A stretch of 64,000 nt of DNA from Anaerolineales bacterium UBA2181. Its GTDB lineage: Bacteria > Chloroflexota > Anaerolineae > Promineifilales > UBA4811. Location: the NCBI GenBank assembly GCA_002328075.1, contig DCVT01000014.1:24846-88845 (forward strand), given 5' to 3'. Below the pieces are notes generated by a model. It was not told the origin of the DNA. It ran no database searches and saw only the letters and a list, made by a program, of their open reading frames with translations. This document shows, in pieces, positions 1 through 9,574 of this stretch. Each line of letters opens with the position of its first letter. The stretch's first letter is position 1. Position numbers and translations under genes: made by a program.

Positions 1-1
1 C

Positions 2-3000
2 GGCTCCGACGGCTCCACCCCCGGCGACCGCATCTACCGCACCGGATACGACGCCGTCGCCACCGGCGAGAACGTCGCCTGCGGCGACCCGACGCCTGAG
101 CAAGTCGTCGCCGGCTGGATGGACAGCCCCGGTCACCGCGCGAATATCCTCAACCCGGCTTTTCGCGAAATTGGCGTAGGTTATACCTTTGATCCAGTAA
201 GCGTCGTATTGACCGACAACTGCGGCTACCATTTCTGGGGGCAGAATTTCGGCGCCCGCGGAAATGTGTTCCCTATCGTCATCAACGGCGAGGCGCAGGT
301 CACTATGTCGCCGGTCGTAGCGCTGACGATCTACGGCGCCGGATGGGCCGGTGACATGCTGGTAAGCAACAACGCCGATTTCGCCGGTGCTTCCTGGCAG
401 CCGTTCGCCTCCACGCTTTCCTGGACGTTGGCGCCAGCCGGCGGTGAGGGCCTGCGCACGGTCCACGTGCGGCTGCGCAACACGATGGGCGAGACGCTGG
501 ATGCGTGGGACGATATCATCCTGGGTTGCTGCCCGGCGAGCGGGGCCGACATGGGGTTGCTCAAAACGGACCTCCCCGACCCTGTGATGGCCGGAGAACC
601 GCTGACCTACACGCTGTCCATCGCCAACGGCGGCCCGGTCGGCACGGAAGGTGTGATGCTGTTTGACACGCTGCCCACAGGGCTAGAGTACCAGGGCTAT
701 GAGACGACACAGGGCTCTTGCGCTTATGCCGGGGGGACCCTCAGTTGCGACCTGGGCACGATGGAGAACGGCGCGCTCGTCCCGGTCACGCTCTATACGC
801 GGGTGGCGGCAGCAGCGGCCGGCAGCCTCACCAACATCGCGCGGGTGACGAGTTTCGAATCCGACCCCAACCCGGCCAACAACAGCGCCACTTCCGTGAC
901 ATCCGTCAGGGGCGGCCGAGCGGATCTGGCGGTTACCAAGTCCGATTCGGCCGACCCGGTGGGGATTGGAGCAACTTTCACCTATGCCATCGTCGTCTCT
1001 AACGCCGGTCCCGCTGCGGCGCTAGGGGTCGGGTTGACGGATACGCTGCCCCTGAGCGTGGACGCCGGTCACATCGTACCCGGCCAGGGCAGTTGTGAGC
1101 GCGTCGGGAACCTGCTCAACTGCATCCTCGGGACCATCCCCGCCGGCCGCGCGGTGACGCTGACCGTGGCGGTGACGACCACATCCGCCGGGATGCTGAG
1201 CAACACCGCCGTCGCCTTCCTGACAGGCGATCAGTTGGACCCCGACCCGGCCGACAACACGGCCGTCGAACAGACCCGGGTGACTAACCAGTTTACGGTG
1301 AATTCGACTGGTGACGCCGCCGACAGCAATCCCGGCGACAACATCTGCCAGACCAGTGGCAGCGTCTGCACGCTACGGGCGGCAATCCAGGAGGCCAACG
1401 CGCAGCCTGGGCTGGACATCGTCGTATTTGACATCCCGGGACCTGGACCGCACGCGATACAGCCTGCCTCTGCCCTGCCCACGGTCAGCGACCCGGTGGT
1501 CATCGACGGCAGCACGGAACCTGACTTTGCCGGCACGCCGGTGATTGAGCTGGACGGCCGATACGCGGGCTTGGGCGCGGACGGCCTAACTATCACGGCC
1601 GGTGGCAGCACGCTGCGCGGGTTGGCCATCAATCGCTTTGGCAGCGACGGCCTCTTTCTTGTGACCGGAGGCGGCAACGTCGTGGAGGGCTGTTTTGTCG
1701 GCACAGACCCCGGCGGCGCGCTTGATCTGGGCAATGGTGAAAGCGGCATCCGCATCTACCAATCGGGGAGCAATACGATCGGCGGCTCGACGGCCGCTGC
1801 CCGCAATCTGATTGCCGGCAACGGCATTCGGGGAGTCTGGATCGACGGGACGAACAGCACCGGCAATCTGATCCAGGGAAACTACATCGGCACGGATATC
1901 ACGGGCGGCGCCGCGATTGCCAACCCCACCGGCATATTCATCACCGACGCGACCAACAATACCGTGCGCAGTAACCTCATCTCAGGCAACGCTACCGGCG
2001 TCTATCTCCAGGGCAGGGCGGGGTATCCCACGTCGGGCAACATCATCGCCGCTAACACGATCGGCACCGACGCCGCCGGAAGCGCCGCGCTGGGCAACAG
2101 CACCCATGGTGTGTATCTCGATTCCACCTCCTACAACACGATCGGCGGGGCGCTTCCGGTTGACGGCAACCTGATCTCGGGCAACGGCGGCGCTGGCATC
2201 TATGTTGCCGGCGTCACCTCGTTTGGCCATGTCATCCGCCACAACCGGATCGGCACAAATGCCGCCGGTTCGGCTGCGCTGGGAAACTCGAGCAGCGGCG
2301 TGCGCATCGGCACGGATGACGGGACCTTTTGGCAGGCAGGCGGTTGGCAGCACGTCATCGCCGATAACCTCATCTCGGGCAACGTCGGCGTGGGCATCCT
2401 GCTGACCGCCTCCGAGTGTCAGATCGAGAACAACCGAATCGGCACGGACGCGACAGGAACGCTCGACCTGGGCAACGTCGGCGCCGGCCTCCGGGTCAGC
2501 AGCGCGAGCGACAACACGATCCAGGCCAACCTGATCTCTGGCAATGGCGGTCATGGGGTCTTTATTGACGTTTTCTCGCTCGCCGCGACCGCCAACCTGA
2601 TCCGGGGAAACCGCGTCGGCACCAACGCCGCAGGCACGACCGCCCTGGGCAACGACGGCATCGGGATATACCTGCGCTACGCCAGCGGCAACCAGATTGG
2701 CGGAACGGGCGCCGGCGAGGGCAACCTCGTCTCGGGTAACGGAGTAGGCGGCATTGGCCTTGGGGCGACTCACGACAATGTCGTTCAGGGCAACCGGGTC
2801 GGCACCAACGCCGCCGGCACCGCCGCCCTGGGTAATATCAGTGTCGGCATCGGCGTCTCTGATTTCTGCCGCGACAACCTCATCGGCGGCGCCGACAGCG
2901 GCGCGGGCAACCTGGTCTCGGGCAACATCGGTGACGGCGTCGGCATCGCCGGGCAGACCACTCGGGTAGAGGGCAACTGGATCGGCACCGACGCCACGGG

Positions 3001-6000
3001 CACAGGGCCCCTGGGGAACAGCGGCAACGGCGTCAAGATCTACAGCGGCATGGGCTCCTACAACACCATCGGCGGTATGGCAAACGGCGCGGGCAACGTC
3101 ATCGCCTTTAACGGGAGCTCGGGCGTGTTGATCAGCGTCGGCGCCGCCCGCAACGCCATCCTCTCCAACCGGATCTACGCCAACGCTGGCCTGGGGATCG
3201 ACCTGGGCGGCGACGGGGTGACCCCTAACGATCCCGACGACAGCGACACGGGCGAAAATGCTCTGCTGAACTACCCCGTCCTGGCCTTTGCCGCGCCGGG
3301 TGACGGCGACTTGGTCGTCGCGGGGACGCTCAACAGCACCAGCAACGCCGGATTCACGCTCCAGTTCTTCGCCGGGCCTGAGTGCGATCCATCGGGTTAC
3401 GGCGAGGGGCAGGACCATCACGGCTCGCTGGAGGCGACGACTGACGGCAGCGGCCATGCCGGCTTCCGCGTCACCCTACCAGTCGCTCTTCCGGCCGGGT
3501 ATTCGGTCTCGGCCACCGCCACCGACGCTAATGGCAACACTTCCGAGTTTGCCGCCTGCGCCCTGGTCACGCCGCAAACCGATTTGTCCCTCGGCAAAAG
3601 CGACTCTCCCGACCCGGTCAACTCGGGCCAACCGCTCATCTACACGCTGGTAGTGACCAACGCCGGCCCCTCCCCGGCCACCGGAGTGAGGCTCACGGAC
3701 ACGCTTCCCGCTGGTCTGGCCCTCGCCGGGGCGTCGGCCACGCAGGGCGCTTGCGGCAGCGCGAGCCCGCTCACGTGCACCTTGGGCAGTCTGGCCCCCG
3801 GCGCGACCGCCACGGTCACGCTGGCCGTCACGCCCACCGCCTCCGGCGTGTGGGCCAACACCGCTACGGTCACCGGAAACGAGATCGATCCCGACCTGGC
3901 GAACAACAGCGCTGCGGAATGCACGGTGGTGGACCCGGCCGACCTGGCGCTGGTCAAGACGGCCGCTCCCGCTGCAGCCGGAGTGGGAATCCCGCTGACG
4001 TTCACCCTTGTCGTCGCCAACCACGGCCCGCTGCCCGCCACCGGCGTCGTCGCCACCGACACGCTGCCCGCCAGCTTCACCCTCGGCGCAGTCACCCCCA
4101 GTCAGGGAAGCTGTGACGGCGCGGGCACGGTCACCTGCGCGCTGGGCAGTCTGGCCCCCGGTGGGGCGGCCACCATCACCCTCGCCGTCACCCCCACGGT
4201 GCCGGGCTTTTTCACCAACACGGCCCGGGTTTCGGCTGCTCAGGGCGACCCGGATGTCGGCAACAACACGGCCAGCGTCGTCACGCCGGTGGACCTGGCC
4301 GACCTCGCGGTGGTCAAGACCGGCGCCCCAAACCCGGTCGCCGTCGGGCAGCCGATCAGCTACACCATCGTCATCACCAACCGTGGCCCGTCAACCGCCA
4401 CGGGAGTGGTCCTCACCGACACCCTGCCGCCCGGCAGCGTCACGATACCGACCAAGACAGAAGGGTTCGACAGCGGCCTGGTGCCGCCGCCCGGGTGGAC
4501 GGAGCGGGTGCAGAACACCGACCACAACTGGTCCGACTTTGCCTACCCCGGCTGGGGCACCACGGCCATAGTGACGTACGGCTCCAACCAGAATGAGTGG
4601 CTGCTCAGCCCCTACCTGGAAGCGGTGAGCGGCGGGATGACCACCACCGTCTGGTCGATGGGCCACGTCGGCCTGTGCCGGTATCCCTCCGACAACTGCG
4701 ACCTCAACGTCTGGCTGGTGGCCGGCGACGTCGGCGGCGGGGACGACGTGCTCTTGGGTCGCCTTGATGATGATTGGCCGCTCAATTGGACCTGGACGCA
4801 CCGGACACTGACGCTGCCATCCGCCCTGCCGGCCGGTGACCTGCGCATCGGCTACCAGTACGTCGGCCACAATGGGGCGGACGCCCTCATCGACCTGATC
4901 GTCCTGCCCGGCGAACCGGCCGCCAGCGCCAAGGTCTCGCCGAGCCAGGGGAGTTGCGTCCTGGGGGATGTGGTCACCTGCTCGCTGGGGACCATGAACG
5001 CCGGCGCGACGGCCACCGTCACGCTGGTCCTCCGGCCTCCCGCCACGGGCATACTGACCAACACAGTCACGGTCACATCGGATCAGCCCGACCCCCTCCC
5101 GGCGAACAACACCTTTACCCACCGGGCCGCCGTGGGAGACCAGGCCGATCTGGCGGTTACCAAGGTGGACACACCCGACCCGACTGGCGTGGGGTATCCT
5201 CTCGTCTATACCGTCACGGTAACCAACCATGGGTTGCTGGACGCCACCGGCGTCGTGCTGACGGACACGCTGCCGGGAAGCGTGATCCTAAGCGCAGCGA
5301 CCCCCAGTCAGGGCGCGTGCGGCGGCACAGCCGCCGTGGTCTGCACGCTCGGTGCGCTGGCCAGCGGGAGCCAGGCTAGCGTGACGCTGGTGGTCACCCC
5401 CACCGCCATCGGCAGCCTGCTCAACACCGTTACCGTGAGCGGCGACCAGCCCGACCGCGTCACGGCTAACAACAGCGCCACGCAATCAACCAGCGTGGTC
5501 TCGCGGGCCGATCTGGCCGTGACCCTGAGCGAGTCAGAGGATCCGGTTTGGGGCGGCGGGATGCTCACCTACACGGTGGTCGTCGCCAACGGCGGGCCCG
5601 ATACTGCCACCGGTGTCAGGCTGGTGGACACGCTGCCCGGCGAGGCGCTGTACGATTCCGCTGCACCCAGCCATGGCGGCTGCATTCACGACCAGGGCGT
5701 GCTTACCTGCACGCTGGGAACGCTGAACAGCGGCGCCGTGGCGACGGTCACGCTGGTGGTGTGGACGCCGGTGCTGACCAGCACGCTGGTCAACACAGCC
5801 GTTGTCGCCTCTGGCGATTACGATCCTGTCTCGAGCAACAACGTCGCCGTGCAAACCACGCAGGTGCGCAGCAATGCCATCTTTTATGAGGATTTTGGCG
5901 GCGGAATCCCGATCACGTGGACGGTGATCAACGGCGGCAGCGGCGCAGACACATGGATGACAGATAATCCGTACGGACGGACCGCGCCGCCACCCTTCCG

Positions 6001-8362
6001 CGAGCCGTGGGCGATGGTGGACTCCTCGTGGGCGGGGCCGGCCGCCACCCAAGACGAACAACTCATCACGCCGGATATCGACGCCACCGGCTGCGGCGAG
6101 CTGCGGTTAGTGTTTAGCAACCGGTTTGCGCGGTGGTACGACGAGATCGCCGACGTGGATGTGAGCGTCGACGGCGGCAGCTACTGGACCAACGTACTGC
6201 GCATGCAGGGCGCACACGACGGCCCCAACACCAAGGACATTGACATCAGTGCCATCGCCGCCGGCAAGAGCATGCGCGTGCGTTTCCACTACCATGAAGC
6301 TGATTACGACTACTGGTGGATGGTGGACAATGTGCGCGTGCTGTGCTCCGGCGCGGGCGGACCCGGGGTTGATCTGGCGGTCGCCAAAACCGATTCACAC
6401 GATCCGGCTTACGTCGGGTCGCCGCTGACCTATACCGTCGAAATCGCCAACCTGGGCCCATCCGCCGCCACGCAGGTGACGCTCACCGACACGCTTCCCA
6501 CCTGGATGGTTTTGATTTCCGCCATACCCAGCCAGGGCACCTGCGACGAGTCGGGCAGAGTGGTTTCTTGCGCCCTGGGCAGCCTGACCGGCGATGCAGC
6601 CACCGTGACCATCGTCGTGATGCCCACCGCAGCCGGCACCATGACCAACACGGTGACGGTAGCCGCCAGCGAAAACGACGCGAACCCGGCCAACAACAGC
6701 GCGTCAGAAAGCACCTTGGTTCTGCCGGTCGCCGACCTGGCGGTAGCCAAGTCGGGTTCGCCCAATCCGGCGCACGTGGGGTCCCCTCTGACGTACACCG
6801 TCGTGGTCGCCAACCTAGGCCCATCCGCCGCCACGCGGGTAACGCTCGCCGACACGCTTCCCACCGGGGTGGTTTTGATTTCCGCCATGCCCAGCCAGGG
6901 TAGCTGCGGCGAGTCGGGCGGGTTGGTCACCTGCGGCCTCGGGAGCCTGGCCGGCGATGCAGCCACCGTGACCATCGTCGTGATGCCCACCGCTGTCGGC
7001 ACCATGACCAACACGGTGACGGTAGCCGCCAGCGAGCACGACCCGAACCTGGCCAACAACAGCGACTTAGAAAGCATCTCGGTTCTGCCGGTGGCCGACC
7101 TGGCGGTAGCCAAGTCGGGCGCGCCCGATCCGGCACACGTGGGGTCGCCGCTGACCTATACCGTCGTGGTCGCCAACCTGGGCCCATCCGTTGCCACGCA
7201 GGTGATGCTGGTGGACACGCTGCCGGCCGATGTGCTTTTTGCCTCCGCCATACCCAACCAGGGCACCTGCGGCGAGACGGGCGGGGTGGTCACCTGCGCC
7301 CTGGGCAGCCTGGCCGGCGATGCAGCCACCGTGACCATCGTTGTGATGCCCACCGCAACCTGCACCCTCAACAACATGGCGGCGGTAGCTGCCGGGGAGC
7401 ACGACCCGAATCTGGCCAACAACAGCGCGTCAGAAAGCACCTCGGTTCTGCCGGTGGCCGACCTGGCGGTAGCCAAGTCGGGCGCGCCCAATCCGGCACA
7501 CGTGGGGTCGCCGCTGACCTATACCGTCGTGGTCGTCAACCTGGGTCCCTCCGTTGCCACGCAGGTGACGCTCACCGACACGCTCCCGGCCGGCGCCGTT
7601 TTTGGCACAACGTCTTCCAGCCAGGGGACATGTACCCGGCAGGACGGCCTGGTGACGTGCAGCCTGGGCGCCTTGCCCCAGGCCGCCTCGGCGACGGTCA
7701 CGATGAGCGTCACGCCGACGGCCATGGCGACCCTGGTCAACCAGGCCCGCGTCGTCGCCTACGAGCATGACCCTGACCCGGACAATAATCTGGCCAGCGC
7801 CGAAACGGTGGTCGGTGGCCGGCTTGCATTCGAGGCGAGTTTCGCCGGCGGAATCCCGGATGGCTGGACGGTCGTCAACGGTGGGGTGGGTCTGGGCGCC
7901 ACGGCGACGTGGACGGTGACCAACGCCTGTAGACGGGCGCTGCCGGCCGGTGGATGGGTGATGGTGGATTCGGACTGCGCCGGCATGGGAGAGGACCAAG
8001 ACGAGCAGTTGATCAGCCCGTTGATCGACGTGACTGACTGCGGCGGCGTGGAGTTGAGGTTCGCCAACCAGTTTCGCTATTATGGCGCCGAGACCGCCGA
8101 CGTTGACGTCAGCACAGACGACGGCGTGACGTGGAACAACGTGCTGCGGATGCAGGGCAGCGACGTGGGGTACCCTGCGCCGGAAACCCGATCCCTGAAC
8201 ATTGCTGCCCTGGCAGCCGGTCAGGCCATCCGGGTGCGCTTTCACTATTACAATGCCCACTATGCCTGGTGGTGGGCCATCGGTGACGTAGAGGTGACCT
8301 GCACGGCATCTCTTGAGGAACCGTACCGGTACATCTATCTGCCGATCGTGCTGCGCCATTAG
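2..8362 (+). CDS. Giant secreted multidomain surface/adhesin-like protein, 5'-truncated by the window edge. Domains: CAP/SCP, DUF11 repeats, a parallel beta-helix block, and three choice-of-anchor-J/MAM-like modules.
   Basis: The frame is open from nt 2 (GSDGSTPGDRIYRTGYDAVATGENVACGDPTPEQVVAGWMDSPGHRANILNPAFREIGVGY = CAP/SCP-YkwD-type motif). There are many DUF11-type units (ADLAV.K...P..G.PLTYT..V.N.GPS.AT.V.L.DTLP). nt ~1292-3570 carries the CTLRAAIQEAN entry motif followed by NLISGN/IGTDA-type beta-helix turns. Three non-DUF11 modules lie at ~4447-4918, ~5873-6347 and ~7822-8303 (F.GGIP.GWTV.NGG...W, ...QDEQLI(T/S)P.ID...). Coding-like codon usage runs throughout a single 8.2-kb ORF. Confidence 0.9.
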   Translation, partial: GSDGSTPGDRIYRTGYDAVATGENVACGDPTPEQVVAGWMDSPGHRANILNPAFREIGVGYTFDPVSVVLTDNCGYHFWGQNFGARGNVFPIVINGEAQVTMSPVVALTIYGAGWAGDMLVSNNADFAGASWQPFASTLSWTLAPAGGEGLRTVHVRLRNTMGETLDAWDDIILGCCPASGADMGLLKTDLPDPVMAGEPLTYTLSIANGGPVGTEGVMLFDTLPTGLEYQGYETTQGSCAYAGGTLSCDLGTMENGALVPVTLYTRVAAAAAGSLTNIARVTSFESDPNPANNSATSVTSVRGGRADLAVTKSDSADPVGIGATFTYAIVVSNAGPAAALGVGLTDTLPLSVDAGHIVPGQGSCERVGNLLNCILGTIPAGRAVTLTVAVTTTSAGMLSNTAVAFLTGDQLDPDPADNTAVEQTRVTNQFTVNSTGDAADSNPGDNICQTSGSVCTLRAAIQEANAQPGLDIVVFDIPGPGPHAIQPASALPTVSDPVVIDGSTEPDFAGTPVIELDGRYAGLGADGLTITAGGSTLRGLAINRFGSDGLFLVTGGGNVVEGCFVGTDPGGALDLGNGESGIRIYQSGSNTIGGSTAAARNLIAGNGIRGVWIDGTNSTGNLIQGNYIGTDITGGAAIANPTGIFITDATNNTVRSNLISGNATGVYLQGRAGYPTSGNIIAANTIGTDAAGSAALGNSTHGVYLDSTSYNTIGGALPVDGNLISGNGGAGIYVAGVTSFGHVIRHNRIGTNAAGSAALGNSSSGVRIGTDDGTFWQAGGWQHVIADNLISGNVGVGILLTASECQIENNRIGTDATGTLDLGNVGAGLRVSSASDNTIQANLISGNGGHGVFIDVFSLAATANLIRGNRVGTNAAGTTALGNDGIGIYLRYASGNQIGGTGAGEGNLVSGNGVGGIGLGATHDNVVQGNRVGTNAAGTAALGNISVGIGVSDFCRDNLIGGADSGAGNLVSGNIGDGVGIAGQTTRVEGNWIGTDATGTGPLGNSGNGVKIYSGMGSYNTIGGMANGAGNVIAFNGSSGVLISVGAARNAILSNRIYANAGLGIDLGGDGVTPNDPDDSDTGENALLNYPVLAFAAPGDGDLVVAGTLNSTSNAGFTLQFFAGPECDPSGYGEGQDHHGSLEATTDGSGHAGFRVTLPVALPAGYSVSATATDANGNTSEFAACALVTPQTDLSLGKSDSPDPVNSGQPLIYTLVVTNAGPSPATGVRLTDTLPAGLALAGASATQGACGSASPLTCTLGSLAPGATATVTLAVTPTASGVWANTATVTGNEIDPDLANNSAAECTVVDPADLALVKTAAPAAAGVGIPLTFTLVVANHGPLPATGVVATDTLPASFTLGAVTPSQGSCDGAGTVTCALGSLAPGGAATITLAVTPTVPGFFTNTARVSAAQGDPDVGNNTASVVTPVDLADLAVVKTGAPNPVAVGQPISYTIVITNRGPSTATGVVLTDTLPPGSVTIPTKTEGFDSGLVPPPGWTERVQNTDHNWSDFAYPGWGTTAIVTYGSNQNEWLLSPYLEAVSGGMTTTVWSMGHVGLCRYPSDNCDLNVWLVAGDVGGGDDVLLGRLDDDWPLNWTWTHRTLTLPSALPAGDLRIGYQYVGHNGADALIDLIVLPGEPAASAKVSPSQGSCVLGDVVTCSLGTMNAGATATVTLVLRPPATGILTNTVTVTSDQPDPLPANNTFTHRAAVGDQADLAVTKVDTPDPTGVGYPLVYTVTVTNHGLLDATGVVLTDTLPGSVILSAATPSQGACGGTAAVVCTLGALASGSQASVTLVVTPTAIGSLLNTVTVSGDQPDRVTANNSATQSTSVVSRADLAVTLSESEDPVWGGGMLTYTVVVANGGPDTATGVRLVDTLPGEALYDSAAPSHGGCIHDQGVLTCTLGTLNSGAVATVTLVVWTPVLTSTLVNTAVVASGDYDPVSSNNVAVQTTQVRSNAIFYEDFGGGIPITWTVINGGSGADTWMTDNPYGRTAPPPFREPWAMVDSSWAGPAATQDEQLITPDIDATGCGELRLVFSNRFARWYDEIADVDVSVDGGSYWTNVLRMQGAHDGPNTKDIDISAIAAGKSMRVRFHYHEADYDYWWMVDNVRVLCSGAGGPGVDLAVAKTDSHDPAYVGSPLTYTVEIANLGPSAATQVTLTDTLPTWMVLISAIPSQGTCDESGRVVSCALGSLTGDAATVTIVVMPTAAGTMTNTVTVAASENDANPANNSASESTLVLPVADLAVAKSGSPNPAHVGSPLTYTVVVANLGPSAATRVTLADTLPTGVVLISAMPSQGSCGESGGLVTCGLGSLAGDAATVTIVVMPTAVGTMTNTVTVAASEHDPNLANNSDLESISVLPVADLAVAKSGAPDPAHVGSPLTYTVVVANLGPSVATQVMLVDTLPADVLFASAIPNQGTCGETGGVVTCALGSLAGDAATVTIVVMPTATCTLNNMAAVAAGEHDPNLANNSASESTSVLPVADLAVAKSGAPNPAHVGSPLTYTVVVVNLGPSVATQVTLTDTLPAGAVFGTTSSSQGTCTRQDGLVTCSLGALPQAASATVTMSVTPTAMATLVNQARVVAYEHDPDPDNNLASAETVVGGRLAFEASFAGGIPDGWTVVNGGVGLGATATWTVTNACRRALPAGGWVMVDSDCAGMGEDQDEQLISPLIDVTDCGGVELRFANQFRYYGAETADVDVSTDDGVTWNNVLRMQGSDVGYPAPETRSLNIAALAAGQAIRVRFHYYNAHYAWWWAIGDVEVTCTASLEEPYRYIYLPIVLRH
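6365..7816 (+). repeat. Four tandem 363-bp (121-aa) DUF11 repeat units inside the giant gene. Units 2, 3 and the first half of unit 4 are near-identical at nucleotide level.
   Basis: Unit starts read directly at 6365, 6728, 7091 and 7454 (...g(t/c)(c/g)gccgacctggcggtagccaagtcggg...). Long identical runs include ccgctgacctataccgtcgtggtcgccaacctgggcccatcc and gatgcagccaccgtgaccatcgt(c/t)gtgatgcccaccgc. Confidence 0.9.
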
Positions 8363-8678
8363 CCGGGGCAGACGGAGCAGCTTGTCAATCGTTGGCAAAC
8401 CACAGCGGCCTGGAAGGCAACCCAGGCCGCTTTATGCCTACTGCCGTCACAGAGGGATCCATCCTCGTCGCCCACATTCGACGCCAGGGATCCGGCCCCC
8501 GAGTGACTGCCGTTTTCGTTGTGGATGCACGTCCAAAGCCCGACGGCCCTTTCCCAGAACCAGACTCCTTGTCTGGTCATTCAGATTCGGTGGTGCCCTG
8601 ACACAACAATATCGCACCCGAATGTGGTCGTGCCGCGCTCGCTTGAGGTACGACCGCGAGAATCATCTGGGTGCAGGC

Positions 8679-8727
8679 TTGACTTTTCTGCATCATGTGG
8701 GTAGAAATGTCTAGATCAAGTGTCTAG
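8679..8727 (+). promoter_or_regulatory. Candidate sigma70-type promoter plus direct-repeat operator for the vapBC-like cassette
   Basis: TTGACT (8679-8684), 17 nt, TAGAAA (8702-8707). This is immediately followed by TGTCTAG-atcaag-TGTCTAG (8708-8727; the first copy contains the TCTAGA palindrome). GAGGTAGG RBS at 8731-8738, GTG start at 8743. Confidence 0.5.
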
Positions 8728-8742
8728 TTAGAGGTAGGTCAA

Positions 8743-8994
8743 GTGATAGTTACGATTACAGAAGCGCACAATCGCCTTTCTCACTGGCTCAAGCTAATCC
8801 CAGAACGACCCATAACGATCACCCATCGCGGCAAGCCCGTGGCGGTTCTGGTTGCTCCCGACGAATACGAGCGGCTCCGCCAGGTGCACGCGTACCTGGA
8901 CATCCTGCGGCTTTCGCGTTCACTCAAGGATGCCAAGGTGACAGCGAACGACCTGTTCGAGGCATCGCGGGCCGAACTGGAGGCTCGCCAGTGA
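8743..8994 (+). CDS. Type II antitoxin, Phd/YefM family
   Basis: 83 aa. N-terminus IVTITEAHNRLSHWLKLIPERPITITHRGKPVAVLVAPDEYERL is typical of Phd/YefM. 4-nt overlap (GTGA) with the downstream PIN toxin gene. Confidence 0.85.
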   Translation: MIVTITEAHNRLSHWLKLIPERPITITHRGKPVAVLVAPDEYERLRQVHAYLDILRLSRSLKDAKVTANDLFEASRAELEARQ

Positions 8995-9413
8995 TAGTAG
9001 ACGCCAACGTCATCCTGAGGGCCTTCTTGCCTGACGAGGCACAGGATCAAGCACAGGCACTGATCCGTGACCACGTGCTCGGGCAGGTGCAGTTGGCGGC
9101 GCCAGAGCTGCTTCTCTACGAGGTGACCAATGCCGTGGTGCAGGCGAGGCGTCGGGGGCGTCTCACCGATGAGCAAGCAGAGGGCATTTTGTCATCGTTT
9201 GAAGGGCTGGGTATTTCGCTAAAACCGGTAAGCTGGAGGCGGATGTTCTCCATCGCTCAGAGGTTCGGCTGCTCTGCACACGATGCCGCGTACCTGGCCC
9301 TGGCTGAGGCCGATGATCAGCCCTTGATCACGGGAGACGTACGGATGTACAACGCCGTTCGAGAGCACCTCACCAAGGTGCACTGGCTAGGCGACTATCA
9401 GCGCCTCGGTTGA
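8991..9413 (+). CDS. vapC: Type II toxin, PIN-domain ribonuclease (VapC family)
   Basis: 140 aa. Acidic PIN residues in the expected order: MIVDANV (D4), LLLYEVTNAV (E), AHDAAYLALA (D), LITGDVRM (D). Translationally coupled to the antitoxin. Confidence 0.85.
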   Translation: MIVDANVILRAFLPDEAQDQAQALIRDHVLGQVQLAAPELLLYEVTNAVVQARRRGRLTDEQAEGILSSFEGLGISLKPVSWRRMFSIAQRFGCSAHDAAYLALAEADDQPLITGDVRMYNAVREHLTKVHWLGDYQRLG

Positions 9414-9425
9414 CGCCGTCCGATC

Positions 9426-9574
9426 CGCCGGCGGCATCCCGGATGACTGGACGGTCGTCAACGGTGGGGTGGGTCTGGGCGCCACGGCGGCGTGGACGGT
9501 GACCAACGCCTGCAGACGGGCGCTGCCGGCCGGTGGATGGGTGATGGTGGATTCAGACTGCGCCGGCATGGGAG
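9426..9574 (+). pseudogene. Orphan 149-bp fragment duplicating nt 7843-7991 of the giant surface-protein gene (start of its third choice-of-anchor-J-like module)
   Basis: Direct base-by-base comparison gives 144/149 identical (mismatches at 5 positions). Would encode ..AGGIPDDWTVVNGGVGLGATAAWTVTNACRRALPAGGWVMVDSDCAGMG, with no start codon and no continuation of homology on either side. Confidence 0.85.

Noticed and set aside
1982-3457. 491-aa ORF on the minus strand inside the giant gene. Similar long antisense or off-frame ORFs occur at 3476..4024, 4391..5230, 5534..6061, 6430..7113 and 7430..8398.
   Set aside because: These are shadow ORFs typical of high-GC repetitive coding DNA. They are Arg/Ala/Gly/Val-rich with no recognisable motifs, and they are fully embedded in a sense frame that has clear domain signatures.
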